DNA of 64,000 bases. It comes from Nemertoderma westbladi. Taxonomy: Eukaryota; Animalia; Xenacoelomorpha. A program made the translations under genes and the position numbers. Position 1 is the first letter of the stretch, and every line of letters begins with the position of its first letter. Shown here piece after piece: positions 36,289 to 50,419 of this stretch. The notes beneath the pieces were generated by a model. That model worked only from the letters and a program-made list of their open reading frames with translations, had not been told where the DNA came from and ran no database searches. Location of the stretch: assembly GCA_032718475.1 (NCBI GenBank), contig JAUCBJ010001352.1:10228-74227 (forward strand). The letters run 5' to 3'.

Positions 36289-38093
36289 CAGATATATTTT
36301 ACATTTTGTGAAACATTTTAATGATTAAGTGCACTCGAGTAGAGTTATGTTTCAATTTTGTAATGAAAGATTGTGAAAATATGCTTCCAAAACAAGATGC
36401 ACACTTTATCCAGTATTTATTTATAACGAATAAGGAATGACATGAAATACAACCTTTTTTTTAAATTCAAATTGAAACAATAATTACATATGCCACCATT
36501 GATGAATTATTTATATCTTCCATGACCCGTAATATAGTGTCATTTTTATCTCTGTTGAAAAGGACTCCCTAATTTTTTCTACAAATATTTATCATTTTGC
36601 TTGAATTTGACTATAGTTACTCAACTGGTTCAATCTAGAATGTTCCTGAACATTGTGTATTTAATATTTATTAAATAAAATCCATTTCACGAAAGATAAT
36701 TTTAAATTGCTTATAAAAGAAATTGAAATGTCAACTCGAGAGTAACACACAATAACTGATATATTGATTGACTAAATTACAGTCCATTTAAATGTTTCAC
36801 AGCCGAATCGAAGTGTATCGCACCGATTTTCCCGGCCAAAATTTAGAAAAAACCTGTGACAAAAACCATCAACGTCCACTTCACGTAGAAAACAAAACAT
36901 GTGGCTAATTAATTAGCCACAATAGAGGCAAAAATATGTTGCCGAAAAAATTAATGTTAAAATTATACGTAATAATATAAAATGGAAATGTTCTTATTGT
37001 TTTTAGATAAACAATTCATTGTAAATTCTGGACAAATAATTAAACAGTTCGAGTGACAAAAATTTCCTAACACTAACGAAAAAGTCTAATTTTGACATCT
37101 TAGTTACCGGTACGTGGATGGATAGATCAGATCAGAGCAACGCAAGGTAAATGGAACTGCAAGACTAATTAGTTAAACAGTGACCGGGCGAGGAACTATG
37201 TGACAGCTGGAGAGATGGAGTTTCCGAAATACAACATTTAGGAAATTTTTTTTCATGGCTTTCCATAAGTTTTCAATAATAAATCAATTTTTAAACATTC
37301 AAATTCCATTAAACTAAAATAATTATTGAAAATACCACAAACGGTTTTTACAAATCCCTTACAAAAAAAAACGGATCAGATATAAGTTTAAGATATTTCA
37401 AATATATACCAGTTAACCAGGTAATATATTAAAGTTTAATGACAAACAAACTGACCAATTACAACATGCAGATCATATTATACGTAATCTTAACAAGTTA
37501 ACAGAATAAATAAATGACAATATTTTCAAACTTCAAAGATAATTTGTAAATATATTAAATGACATTCATGGCTGTTTACTTAACTTACTTACAAAAACAA
37601 TGGCAAAAATAATATATTTTAACTCAACAATATAACAGATACCCGGTATACAATGTCCTTAACTTATATTACATCTACAGTGAATCAAAATACGGAACGT
37701 GGCTTATACTTAACTAACTGTGGGGAGAGTTTGCCAACTAATAGTTCTTGGTCTGTCAAAAAATAAGAAACAGAAAGAAAAACGGCAAACCTAGCAATAT
37801 ATCATCAAATAGAAAGACTATATTCTTCTGACATGAAATCACAAGAGTGATGGTAACTCCAAAACGGAAAAAGTTATGAAATAATTCAGAATCGGCAAGA
37901 GGCCCAATATTTACTAACAGAAAAATACAAAAAGTCAAAAACCTTTTCATCACATATTTATATATTATATAATAATAATAATATATTATATTATATATCA
38001 ATAATATTATAATTACAAACTGAAACTATTCCTAAAGTGGAAAAACTAAATGCAAACCATTACAAAACGCCTTGACATACCAGATCACGAAGT

Positions 38094-41000
38094 TTAAGAC
38101 ATAACCACTTTCTTCGGATGTTTCTGTTTGCTCTGGTGTCTTCGGCTGAGGGACACAGTACATCGTGGTAACACATTGTGCGATCCATCAAGCAATGGGT
38201 AGCTAGTAGGGTCACCAATGGCAACGCGATCTGCTGGAACCAATAGTTTATTTTCGGCGACGAAGTGACCCTCGTGAGATTTAAAAATATTATCGAGAAT
38301 TTCATTTAAGAACTCCGAAACAGTATTATTTCTTTCTGCAGGACCATTCGGATCAGTCTGGCGGTCTGCAGAAGTAACCGGGCCAACAATATCGTTTAAT
38401 TGGTCAACTGATTCAGAAGCAAGTTCAGAACCGAGACGGCAAATATCAGAGGACTTGAGATGGGATACTGAGACACGGGGGAATGTTTGACTGATTGTCG
38501 GTAAAGAGGTAACGCATTGTTGCTGCCCGATGATAGCAGTTTGTCTGTAATTGCGAGGTGAAGGTCTGGGGATGGTAGAGGATGTCTTCAAAATAGCAGT
38601 CGATGAGTTTGTAACATTAGAAGGGGAGGAAGGCGGGAGGCTTAACTTTTGGGAATCTAAACAATATTTCCTCTTTAGTTGAATAAGAGCATTGAGGGTT
38701 GATTCAATGCCGGTAGAAGTAGAGAGTTCGAGACGAGACTTCTTCGCAGGTTCACCTACATGTCGTATCGTGACAGGATGAGCGAGGCGAACCACAGGTT
38801 CGACTGTATGAACTCGTTTCAATGTGTGAGCAGTGCGAGTTTGCGACGGACTTACGTACACACTATGAGCACTCGGACACATTGCACGACCGCCAACAGC
38901 AGACGTGGAAGGCCCTGGTCCTCTCAGGGGCATGGATTTGCCATGACGACATGGAGACCATGTGAAACCAGCACTGCTGGGGCCTCGAGTTAGGTGAGCC
39001 GCCACTGAAACTGACTTGGGTGAAACTAGAGGCGACCGAGCATCCAACGGTATTACCTTGGGCGAAACTAGAGACGACCGAGCATCCAACGGTATTACCT
39101 TGGGCGAAGTAAGGGGTGACTGATCCTCCACTGGTACTGCCCGGGGTGATTGTGGGGACATTTTAGCTGACACAGCCATCCGACGCAGAGCCGACATGTG
39201 GGAATACAAATCCAAATCTGAAAAGCCACAGAATGTTGAATTAGAATGGAGTCTATCGTCGCATGATGACGCGTTACTGGGTCCACCAACTGTGTCGACA
39301 TACAGAGAGGATGACGTGGCTCCAACGCGTTGCGCCGATCCCGGACTAAACGATACCGGAGCCCGGGAGATGTTGCCACCAGAATGAAAGCTGGTTGAAG
39401 TGCAATCATTATGCTGGCCTTGAGACATAAACACCTTGTTACTGCTGTTATCCCACATACTCCATTTTTCCGTTTTCAACACTGTTCCGGTTGCAAAGGA
39501 TCTGCTCTTTGAAAGATTCTTCCTTCGCAATATCCCCTTCCCTGGTGTCTTAAAAGATTCACAAGAATCCTTTCTCAAAGATACATAAATTATTTTTTTT
39601 CGAGATGCTGTTGCAGATGAATCCATTGCACGGGATATAGAGGGTATAGGCGAACTCGAACAACCCAACCCGATGCTATTTACTATGTTTGTAGATATTG
39701 GGGTTTTGGAATTTCCTGAATCCGTGATGTTTTCTAAAACAAAATCATCCTCTGAGCAAATTGTGCCTTCTGGCATTGTGTCGGGTGTTAGGTGGTGCAG
39801 CAGCACCCGTGGCAAATCGCCATCGATTTGAAATGTGGGGGGATGTCGAGGTAGAGAGGGTGGGGAAGCGGGGGAGATCTCGGGAGAGGTGGGAGTGATC
39901 GCAGGGGGTTGAGAAGCTCTTCTGTTATGTGATGACGACACCACACCACCATGGGTACCTTGCTTATTAACACCCACTGTCGTGTGAATAATCTTGGTGG
40001 TGGTGCCACCGGGGCTGTGAATTACCACCCGTGGGGGCCGTTTCATGATAGGCCGTTTCCCTTTCCTTTCACGCCCTCGCATTTGCAGCATCGCGTTCTG
40101 TTTTGCAACCTGCGTTCGTAGTAACAGCGCCAAGTATTCATCAGTTTCTTCAAGGTGTTTAGCCATTTCAGGAGTTACGTCTTCTAATGGTTTAGGAGGA
40201 TATACAACATCTTCATCGTAATCAATCTTATTAACATCGTGTTGTTTAATGTAATCCGCATACCTATAAGGTTGGAATTTGCGAACAAAAGGAGCCATAT
40301 CAATAGTGACGTTGTCCTTCCGACAGTAGCACTTAGCTGCCCATTTGCCGTATTCGACCCAGCGGGGTGTCGCAAAGTTAGTGCTTTCCGCGCAGTTAAA
40401 TCCGTGGTTATACCCGGCGTGGTAGCCGAATGGGAATGTTATCATTATCTCGCCGGCTTCCTGAACAACTTTCTCGAAAGGAATGGCGTACTTTCGCAGT
40501 ACAGCCGGAGATATAATGTTCATTTTATGGCGCAAAAAAGCCGGACACGAATGATCCAGATGGTTGAAAAACTGAGCAGCAAGACGTTGGAATCGTTTGC
40601 CGTGGGCTGGAGGGATTCCATACCACTGCTTAGGCGCTCCAAAATGGAGGAAGTTTATGGAATATAAATCGAGATCTTCCGTATGCCATGGGAAGGTAGT
40701 TTTCCACATACCAAAGTAGAGGTAGGCTGTATTAACACCTTCAATTTTAAAGCCTCGTTCAGTCAATGATGTATCTAATATTGTCCCGAGATTACTGCAA
40801 TTCCAAATGTCGATACCTTTAGGTGTCACACTCCCACTAATATCCGCACCGTATATGACTTTATTGAATGTTAAATTTCGCCAATATTTTCTTTCTAAGT
40901 CATCGTAATCGACTGAAGTTGGAGGTTTATATTTATCGCTGTTAGCCAGTTTCTGAAATTCTCTCACTTCTAAAGGTTTTTTCTGTATATTATACTGCTC

Positions 41001-41228
41001 AAATACGCCATTTGCACCTACTACTTCCTGCTCAATCGGCGACGGTATCATTATATCTTGCACCCAATCATACCCATCACTGTGCACAAGGTCCAGCCAT
41101 TCAGGAGGAGGTATCACTTTTGCTATTCCCGCCTTGTGAGCACCTTGGGATTCCATATAAGTTACATAGTTCTGAAAATCTTTGAATTCCTCGAAAGTAG
41201 GTCGAAATATTTGTATCTTTCTCCCCAT
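38094..41228 (-). CDS. KDM4: Lysine-specific histone demethylase 4 (JmjN+JmjC), intronless CDS, 1044 aa
   Basis: JmjN: [31 protein letters not shown]. JmjC: [58 protein letters not shown]. Fe ligands (HTE...H) and Zn ligands (C/H/CxC) are intact. ATG at 41228 follows an acceptor tttcatttccAG. Confidence 0.96.
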   Translation of the reverse strand: MGRKIQIFRPTFEEFKDFQNYVTYMESQGAHKAGIAKVIPPPEWLDLVHSDGYDWVQDIMIPSPIEQEVVGANGVFEQYNIQKKPLEVREFQKLANSDKYKPPTSVDYDDLERKYWRNLTFNKVIYGADISGSVTPKGIDIWNCSNLGTILDTSLTERGFKIEGVNTAYLYFGMWKTTFPWHTEDLDLYSINFLHFGAPKQWYGIPPAHGKRFQRLAAQFFNHLDHSCPAFLRHKMNIISPAVLRKYAIPFEKVVQEAGEIMITFPFGYHAGYNHGFNCAESTNFATPRWVEYGKWAAKCYCRKDNVTIDMAPFVRKFQPYRYADYIKQHDVNKIDYDEDVVYPPKPLEDVTPEMAKHLEETDEYLALLLRTQVAKQNAMLQMRGRERKGKRPIMKRPPRVVIHSPGGTTTKIIHTTVGVNKQGTHGGVVSSSHNRRASQPPAITPTSPEISPASPPSLPRHPPTFQIDGDLPRVLLHHLTPDTMPEGTICSEDDFVLENITDSGNSKTPISTNIVNSIGLGCSSSPIPSISRAMDSSATASRKKIIYVSLRKDSCESFKTPGKGILRRKNLSKSRSFATGTVLKTEKWSMWDNSSNKVFMSQGQHNDCTSTSFHSGGNISRAPVSFSPGSAQRVGATSSSLYVDTVGGPSNASSCDDRLHSNSTFCGFSDLDLYSHMSALRRMAVSAKMSPQSPRAVPVEDQSPLTSPKVIPLDARSSLVSPKVIPLDARSPLVSPKSVSVAAHLTRGPSSAGFTWSPCRHGKSMPLRGPGPSTSAVGGRAMCPSAHSVYVSPSQTRTAHTLKRVHTVEPVVRLAHPVTIRHVGEPAKKSRLELSTSTGIESTLNALIQLKRKYCLDSQKLSLPPSSPSNVTNSSTAILKTSSTIPRPSPRNYRQTAIIGQQQCVTSLPTISQTFPRVSVSHLKSSDICRLGSELASESVDQLNDIVGPVTSADRQTDPNGPAERNNTVSEFLNEILDNIFKSHEGHFVAENKLLVPADRVAIGDPTSYPLLDGSHNVLPRCTVSLSRRHQSKQKHPKKVVMS

Positions 41229-42541
41229 GATGTAACGGTATATGGTAAATACTGGAAATGAAATCAATTGTATCAGTACCGGTACCAGTATATTGTCGAT
41301 ATTAATTAAAGTGTGGATTTTAAATGTAAATTATACCGGCACAATTTTTTATAAGACATATACAAACAGTATCATCATATACCGGTATATATATCACAAA
41401 TCGAAATGTACATATATATATATCAAAAATCGAAATGTACATATATATATATATCAAATATCGAAATGTACAAGTATCTGCTAAAGATAGAGTTGGAAAA
41501 TCAGCCTGAAATACGAAACATGCAGTGTAATGTAAACTAAAGCGTACCGGTACTGTTGTAGGGAAATTTCTATCTGGCTGCTGGTCTGTCAGTAAGTTAC
41601 AGTACGGGACAATCCGACAATTGCTATTGCCACTCGAGGAAAATGCAAAATAAATAAGGTCGTTCCTATCTAGCTCCCAATCTAGCTAGTTACATACCGT
41701 ACCACATTAAGCTCCCAATCTAGCTAGTTACCTACCGTACCACTTTAAATAAATTTTTATATAGCTAAGCATATTTCATATACCAGTATACCGCTACCGG
41801 TACTTAGATTAATAAATTCATGTTTGCTTATTTATCTGCTCAATAATTCCGATAGGCCTATGCAATAAAATTTAGATTGCAATAAAAATAAAATGCTAAC
41901 GTAATGATAATGAAACCATAAAATTATGTACCGGTATAAAAAGCTTTAGAAGCATAAGGTCAATCAAATTGTTCTAGAAAAAATCTTGGATATTCTGAAT
42001 TTGAATACCGGTACTGGAATAGGCCTACCATACTGCCATATGCCGTGTATGGCAGTATGGTATCACTACAGCACTAGCACATAAAAATTAATACCGGTAG
42101 TTTAGAAATTATGATTAAGGTAAGGTAATATTGGCAGTTGATTGATCATCACAAAAATTGAGAATATTACTGACTTACGCGGCCCAGGCTGCAAACCACC
42201 AGTGAACCGTGTGGCAGCGTGCACAATAAATATTATTATTGCTGTATTGCAATCCTGCACTCGCACTATGCAGCTATTGTAGGCCTACTCCAGTAGCCTC
42301 CAGTACCCCTTCAGTCCTTTAAATAGGAGTTGTTTCAAAAGTCAATTGTTCAAACCAATATAAAACATAAAAACCATGATTCTGGATTCAGGAGAATTTC
42401 CGTAGTCGCTATGCTCGCAATTTAATTACCGGTACATAAAACAGTCGGTAGACCTACTGGCTAACTGACTTACCTACTGCTGTACTGCTACTACAATAGG
42501 CCTACTACTGTACTAGGCCCTATATATATACCAGGCCGTGT

Positions 42542-44005
42542 ATGTCTGATACACAATGGACTACTTTACAAACACCAAACTTAGATGAATCAGAACTTCT
42601 TTGCTGTTTTCAAGATAACTACTTGAGCCTCGACCAACCAACTCGCCTCTGTGAAGGCAACACTCCACGAATCTTGGACCTAGTCCTAACATCTGAGTGT
42701 GACATGGTTGATAACATTTCCTATACATCACCCCTTGGCGCGAGTGACCATGTTGTACTGGAGATAAGTTTGACCATGGCTGCAAGTCCACCACCAGTTG
42801 CAACAGAATATAAAGTATTATCCAAAGCAAACTATAGCGCAATGGCGACCTATATCAAGTCTTTCAACTGGATAGAAATTCTATCTCCAATGGATACTAC
42901 AGAGGCATGTGCGATTTTATATGAAACTCTTGACTATTGTATTCATAACTACACACCCGTTAAAAAATATCGATCACACAACTACCCAAAATGGATGACT
43001 AAGGATGTCCGCAAGGTCATTGCACTGAAAAAATCTGCATGGCGAAACTTCCGCAGAACAGATTCAACTTCTGCCTACAACAAGTACAAACAAAGACGCA
43101 ATATTTGCAACGCTATTGTAATAAAATCCAAACAAGATTACGAGCGCTCAGTAGCATTGGCAGCCAGCAAAGACCCTAAACAGTTCTTCTGGTCAGTTGT
43201 GCGGTCTAAAACGAAGTCTCGTGGTACAATAGCTTCACTGAAAGACAAACAAGGTAATATTGCAACATCTAACATCGATAAAGCAGAAGCTTTGAATCAG
43301 CATTATTTTTCTACATTTACTACCGAGGACACAGATACTGTTCCTGATATATCGAACTCCGTGCCAGAAGCAAAAATTAGCTCAGTAGAATTTACACCAA
43401 ATGTAGTCGAAGACGCTGCATCACAAATAAATGCATCGGGGGCCCCTGGTCCTGATGGAATCTTCCCCATACTGATAGTGACACTCATTTCTGTGTTGGC
43501 TCTACCCCTCTCCATTATTTTTCAGAAGTCATTAAATAGTGGTGTTGTCCCGCAACCTTGGAAGGAAGCAAACATTACCCCCATATTCAAGCGCGGAGTA
43601 CGCTACCTCCCTATCAACTATCGGCCAGTTAGCTTGACCTCAACCCTCTGCAAACTGATGGAAAGAATAATAGCCAATAACTTATACTCTTTCTGGAAAG
43701 AATTCTCACTGCTGGCCATGGCACAGTACGGATTTCAAAAAGGAAAGTCGTGCACTATTCAACTCATCGACGTCGTTTTCCAATGGGCCAAGGCCCTGGA
43801 CGAAGGTAAATGTATAGATGTTGCATACCTGGATTTCCTGAAAGCCTTCGACACTGTTCCTCACCAACGATTGCTAAAAAAGATGGTGAAAATGGGGATT
43901 TCTGGTTCACTACTTGTATGGCTTAAGTCGTTCATTATAGGTCGGTCACAACGAGTTGTAGTTGGCGGGGTTCATTCTAAATGGGTCCCGGTACCCAGCT
44001 ATTAG
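42542..44005 (+). mobile_element. CR1-clade LINE ORF2 fragment (end of endonuclease through first half of RT)
   Basis: ILDLVLT, PLGASDH, APGPDGI, NYRPVSLTS, QYGF, YLDFLKAFDTVPH. 487 aa uninterrupted, ending before the PQG/YADD motifs. Confidence 0.92.
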
Positions 44006-45061
44006 CTGATTAGTGTTCAGTGGTAACATTTCTGCTGCCGTTCGTCTTTTTACTGTTTTATGTTAAAATACTGTTGGCCTAGTGCAGTCTTAGCAACTGA
44101 TACATTATATAATTATTGAAAAATTTCATGGTCAATGATTGGTGCGCCCTATTGAAAAGTTTTACATGTACGCCAAACACGTTCGCCGCAGCATTTCAAC
44201 TTGCGCCAGGATCTGGCGCAGAAATGCAGAAATGTGCTACGCCGGGTTGCCGGTTAAGGTGCTGAAAGGGCTGGCTGGCTGGCGCCCTGGCGCAGGCCGC
44301 AGAGATATCCAATGAACTGATAATGACGGACAGACGGATGTGCAATGTGCTGCGCCTGGGCAGCCAGTATAGCACTGTAGCATCGTCAATGACTGAATAA
44401 TAGAGAAGAGAGATGCTGCGCTCCGCGCGATTTTTGAATTGCATTGGCAGATTGGTCTGTTGGTGGCGTAGCTTTGCATCAACTGATCAAGCCGGAGCAG
44501 GTAAAATAAAACTTTTCAATACAGCAATAGGCAGATATGGTTGGCCCGCATTGCAGCATTTAATGTCATACCGGTATGGCTGGGGTCAGGGGGTGCTCTT
44601 CACTTTAACAAGTGCTGTCATGCATGCGGTCCGCTTTTTGTCAGTATTGCAGGTTGCAGCTGCAGGGGGGGGGGGGCAGGCGCAGGGGGGGGGGGGGGGT
44701 GGTGGTCGGGGAGACAGGGCTGCAGCCGGCAGGGAAAGGGTGGAGCAGTCTGGCAGTGGCAGAGTGGAGTGCAGGGCTGCTGTAGTCCGGTCAGTCTGTC
44801 AGTAGGGAGTCTGGTCTGCTAACTGCTGGTGGCTCTGTGGCTGGGAATACCATGGTACTGGTACTACTGCAGTACGGTACTGTACTACTGTCAGCGTGTC
44901 AGGTCAGCGTTTCAGTCTGTACTACTACTGCTGTACTGTACTGCAGTACTGCTGTACTGTACCCTGTACTGCTGTACGCTGCACTCTGCACCCCTCCCCA
45001 CCACTGAACAGTGCACAACGCCCACACACAATTTTTCAGCCCCGAGCCCCACAAAATTGGA

Positions 45062-45545
45062 CATAGATAGATAGATAGATTTATTTATACATTATGTAAA
45101 AACAATAACAAATACACCAAACAATGTACCGGTATAAAGGTATTGTCCAACATAACATATAGGATTACCCCTAAAGCTTTGCAGCTTATTTCCAAGGGGG
45201 TCCTTTATGTTACTGGGTTACAAATACAATATTACACTACGCTAACCTAAAACCAATATAAAACGTAATTACACTATGTACATGTACAACTTTACCGAGA
45301 GCGTGACAATGCCCGACTCAACGATAAAGATGTAATGTACAGAACAATTTATTATAAAACGTAATTACAGTATAAATAGTAATTAATTAATAAACTAATA
45401 ACTTACTGTAGGACTATTGTACCTATTTTTACATTGCACACGGAGGTGAGATTTAACTGCAGATTTAAAAGAATGTGGATTATCTAGGTTTTTAATTTCA
45501 TTAGGCAAAGCGTTCCAATTTTTAATGCCGTTAAAAAAGAAAGGA
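45062..45545 (-). mobile_element. 3' end of an L2/Crack-group LINE with 3'UTR and (TCTA)n tail
   Basis: FFFNGIKNWNALPNEIKNLDNPHSFKSAVKSHL; 3'UTR ggaccccttggaaataagc...gggtaatcc; aataaatctatctatc. Confidence 0.75.
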
Positions 45546-45715
45546 CATTTCTGACTGACTGATATTGCAATTGGGGGACAAAATCCGCGAAAGAGGACCA
45601 AATCCGCTCAGCCGGTGGCAGATTTCGTCCTACTGTCCTAGGGAGACCATATCCACAAGCAGATCCGGTCGGCTCGGGGGGTTGGGGTATTCCCATTCCT
45701 TACACCAGTAGGAAC

Positions 45716-46090
45716 TAGAGATGTCCCGGATCCGGTAATGATCCGGCAGAAATTTGTGAAATATCTGGATCCAGATCCGGTTTTTATTCGGATCCAATTA
45801 TAATTACTGTACTTATGAATATTAATTGATAATGACTGTATGTTGGTATTTAAATCAATGTAAATATAAAATCCCAATACATTTATTGTGAAAATTTGAA
45901 TGTGAAAATGGTTATAAAAATATCACAAGTTAAATTATTAACGTGAACAATAATTTGTGTATCAACTTATGTATCAAAATACTGATATACTGCAAGCATT
46001 ATGGATCTGTGAATCCGGATCCGGACATAAAATTGAATATCCGGTTCCGGATCCGGAAATCTAAAAAAAGGAGGATCCGGGGCACCCTTA
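45716..46090. mobile_element. hAT-family MITE with an 8-bp TSD
   Basis: TSD gtaggaac at 45708-45715 and 46091-46098. TIRs tagagatgtcccggatcc / ggatccggggcaccctta. Internal atccgg repeats. Confidence 0.85.
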
Positions 46091-47169
46091 GTAGGAACAC
46101 CCCTTGAATTAGAGCTTGGGATTGGTTAATAAACTATTAGTATTATTATTATTTCCTTTTAATGCAGGATAGTTAAACAGATGGAATTAACGGTAAAGTA
46201 CAACACTCACAATATAGATATATAGCACAACAAATAATATTATAATTTGTATTAAATTATGAATTAAGTACAGTAGAATAATCCTAAGTAGACCTACTGT
46301 CTTACCAAGCACGAGCGTTATTCAACATAAATATAATGCGAGATAGACCATTAATATAACATGTATTTCGGATTGCACATTAATAGAATTCCTAGAAACA
46401 TCGATGAGTTTAAATAAACTTGATACGGATTTATTTCGAATGTGCATAAACATGGTAAGTTAAAAGTACCGAAAGCAGCAGACATACTAGTCGGTTCATC
46501 GTTAGTCAACCTGGGTAGATGGAAATCCAGTATACTAATAATATACTAATAATCCTATATGGACTATTATTTGATTAGACATTGAAATCATCTAAGGAAT
46601 AGAGAGAGGGGTCGAACTAGAGTAAGGATTTTTTCATATAGTGCCGACGAGTAGCTCTTAAAGAGGAATTAAGCGGATGCCTGCTGGCCGACCTCATAGT
46701 ACTGATAAAACACAAGGCGCGAAAAGCAACCTAGAAATGTAACGCTAAACATAAGGGCAAATCGAATAGATGCTAAACGACATTAGAAAAATTAAGGATT
46801 AGTTTTTCATTGGAGTTTTTATATTTACAAATTTTGAAATGCTTTTAAATATTTATTTAAAATGAATAATATCCCATATTAAATACTATCAATAAAACTA
46901 CTTATTATTACCTATTATCTATTCGATCAGAAAACTCAAGGAGAAAATGGTCTATAAAACGAATCCTTACAATATTATATCCACGGTTAATATATGTAAT
47001 GTATATTGTTATTCATATATATTTTTACTGTTAACCTGACAATGAACCGTTTAATAGGCAGATAATCCTTACATGATTTCACCCAATTTCCCCATTCCAT
47101 ACAGCGTTTGGAATACTTTCTACCTGCCCCTTACACTATGTATGTAGTTCGACCCCTCTCTCCTCAGGT

Positions 47170-47730
47170 CAGGTCAGGTATTCTAGGTCATTGATCAAGA
47201 AAACTTGCCACCTCCATGCAGCATAAAGGTGGTGCCACCTGTAGCTGCATAGACCCTCTTACTAGGGCAAATCTGGTCCTGTAACTAGGACCCCCTTCGT
47301 TCTGGGATAAGGACGCCCTCGGTCCTTGATTAAGGACCCATATACTTGGCTGCAGGAGTATATGGCCTGGCCCGGCAGATGATGATCTACCAATGGCTGG
47401 TCAGGAGTAGAGTGTTCTCATGTCCACTCTGAGTGCACTTCACTGCGACCTGTACCTGGCAGCAGGGGTACAGGGCATGACCCAGCAGATGAGCTGCACA
47501 TCCAATGGTGGGTCATTTACGCCAGAGTAGATATGGGTGATGGGCCTCATATCTGACTCCACTGCGACACCCACCCTGTGGAATGGCAAACCAGGGTGTT
47601 GTATTTGCCCCGAGAGCTGAGAGAGCGATCCTCTCTCTTTTCCCAATGATTTCAACATCCAATCAAAATATAGTTGATCAACCAATCCCAAGCGCCGACA
47701 CAGCCGGCACAGCATTCTTAAAAATGCAGC
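47170..47730 (-). mobile_element. Highly decayed LINE 3' fragment (RTE-like)
   Basis: GC-richer block with an RGRP motif on the minus strand; frames are broken. Confidence 0.35.
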
Positions 47731-47977
47731 TGCAATGCAGCATGCCGATCCTATCTTTTGTGTATTTTAATTAATAGATTTTAACTATTCCTATGTACTC
47801 CTTATTGTTGCTGTGAAGTGCGGTATCATTTTATTGTAATAAATGTCGATATCTATCTGTATTCCCGTCCCTAGTAGTAGTAGTAGTAGTAGTAGTAGTA
47901 GCAAGCGCCGATTCAAGATAAGATTTTCTAGTAGTGTAAGGATTGGGAATGCGCGTCGGGGGGGGGGGGGGGGATTC

Positions 47978-48785
47978 TTCAGGGGACTGAATTACAAGCG
48001 GGTCCATGGAGTGCAGATTTAGTTGCTGAATGGCTCCCACGGGTAATTTGAATTTCACTTGTTCCAATTTCGGCACTAGCCTAGGCCTACTGTCAGACTT
48101 CTGGACCTGTATACAGATTAACGATTATGGTACCGGTATCAAATTAGAATTTAAATTGTTTCGGTTTCGGCTTTAGCTCTATTTTATCAGAATATCTGTA
48201 CATTTAACCAACGCGAATTTACAGTATTAATTATGTTTTTTACCGGTCAGCCGAGCCGGTGTACAAGGCTGAGATAACTCACTCTTGAAATGACTCCCCA
48301 GTCATCTCAGCCTAGGCTGAGAACACTCATCAGTCGTCTCAGCCTAGGCTGAGAACACTCCCCAGTTATATCAGCCTAGGCTGAGATGACTCCCCTTAGG
48401 CTGAGATGACTCCTATAATTGAGTTATAATTAATATCCGTGCCTGTGTTATTTTCGTATATTGCAAAAATAAAACTGTTAATTAAGAAATCTAGGGAGAA
48501 AACTGGGGAGTGTTCTCAGCCTAGGCTGAGACGACTGGGGAGTCATATTTGGCGGGGAGTTATCTCAGCCTGTTACACCGGTAATGTTGATTCTGGAATA
48601 TGGAAGAAAGTACCAGTGCTTCCTTGGAAGACGTTTCTGGTTTAGTTGCGATATTTGTAACATTGCCTTCTCGCGAACTTCAAATTTAATTTAATTTTAT
48701 TGGAACAAGTTAAATTCAAATTTCCCGCGGGACCCATTCAGCAATTAAATATGTACTCCATGGACCCGCTTGTGACTGAATCCGC
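47978..48785. mobile_element. Non-autonomous TIR element (~95-bp inverted ends) containing a nested MITE at 48257-48581
   Basis: acaagcgggtccatggagt...ttgttccaat is inverted at 48700-48772. Inner TIRs ccggtgtacaaggctgagataactc / gagttatctcagcctgttacaccgg, with ctcagcctaggctgag subrepeats. Confidence 0.75.
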
Positions 48786-50419
48786 TGTCACACTGGTTCA
48801 GTGCTGTCTGTCCATAATACTGTAGTGTAGCGGTTCTCCTGTCGGATGTCACGGCCACCATCAGAACGATTTCGCCATTCAAGTGCGTCTAAAAAAAATG
48901 TTTTTTTTCGATCCCTCCTGAATTACTAAACTACATATTTAAATCTTTCGGCTAAAGATATATACTGCATGTAATGTTCGCCATGATGCCCTGCCCCGTA
49001 TGTATGTTATGGGCGGTCACCAAGCTTGAGTCAGGCCCTGCGAGCGAACCAATGTACTACGGAGCTATTAGGCAGCCAACTTGGACACGATAGCTCTGTT
49101 TGCTTTTATATTTTTCGCTCCACATATTTATTATAGATGTAGGATGCTTTTTTTTATGGAGAGAGAATGCCTCAAATCTTTCCAGATAGGCGGGAAGAGG
49201 GGGAGACTGGACGCAATAAAAATTCATCCCTCTCCAGGGAAAATTCGACACAAATAACAGCTGCTTACTCACAAAAATAAAACTGTAACCTCTAACCTGT
49301 TCTATTGTATATAGTTTATTATTTTGGTTAAAATAACGTGCAACTGTAACCTGCTCCTTTCCCTAAATTTAGAATTTGACATTGAGGCGGAATATTGATT
49401 CGCCAAGATGGGATTTGCGTCCAGTCACACCACCCCCCCCCCCCCCCCCCCCCCCCATGTCTCCTCCCCCCCCCCATATTTCCCTTCAAAGAGTAACTTT
49501 ATAGAGCTTACTGTAGTGGCGGTGTTGAGCTTCAGTTGGTGGCAAAACGGTACGAAACTCAATAATATCTTTGTCTCGTATTTCCTAAACACGACGAAGT
49601 TTCTGTTATTCCGTTCAACATATATAACAACAACCTCAATAACATTCGAGTTCGAAATAACATTAGAGGTCGAATTCATAATTTCAAATATCTCTTTGTG
49701 GCATCATGCAATTCATTCCTCTGTGAGATATAAAACAGGTTTACGTAACTTGCTTTACAAAGTGTTTGGATTTCAAAATCCGTTTATCGCAGGTGGATTA
49801 TATACCATGGTCGTACTCTATTAGTCTGGTAATTTAGTCAAAAATCCGATCTTATCATGCGTTGCGTTTTGCGGAGACCGGGTGTCGGTTAGTGTTAGTG
49901 ACGTCATATTACCCCAATCTGTAACCGAGGAAGCGGCCGATATACAGTTTCGTTTAGGGGGTCTGGCACCTCCACGCCACCTCCGAACTGTGTGAACGAT
50001 TCGCGTTCAGTTCCCTGACTCCATCCTAATTGGTAGAAATCTCTTGTAATGGAGAAATTCGATTGGACCCAAAAGCAAAAGAAATCGACCTTACCACCAA
50101 CCAACTAAGGACCTTATATCACAATATCTATGACTTCTATTTAAGTGTAGTTGTTAGATTGTGTTTTATATAATATTAATGTTATTATAATTATTTGTCA
50201 AGTTATGTGGTATAATCGCATCTCAATAACTAATTTAACAAACTGAACCTGAAATAAAAATTATGAAATAATTGGTAAGACAGCCACTTTTGGCGGAAAG
50301 GTTTAAATTTTGAAGGCATTTAATTATCTCAGAATGATATTTTTCATTTTTCCAAATACTACTCCTCCGCCATTTTTAACCAATTTTCTTTATTTTTGGC
50401 AATTCTATTTCTGCCAGAA

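Noticed and set aside
35617-36321. Cys-rich repetitive ORFs
   Set aside because: These are translations of a 16-bp satellite in all three frames.
44150-45060. Short ORFs in the GC-rich block
   Set aside because: Low-complexity poly-G and tactg repeats with no recognisable domain. The block may be regulatory, but I cannot support that.
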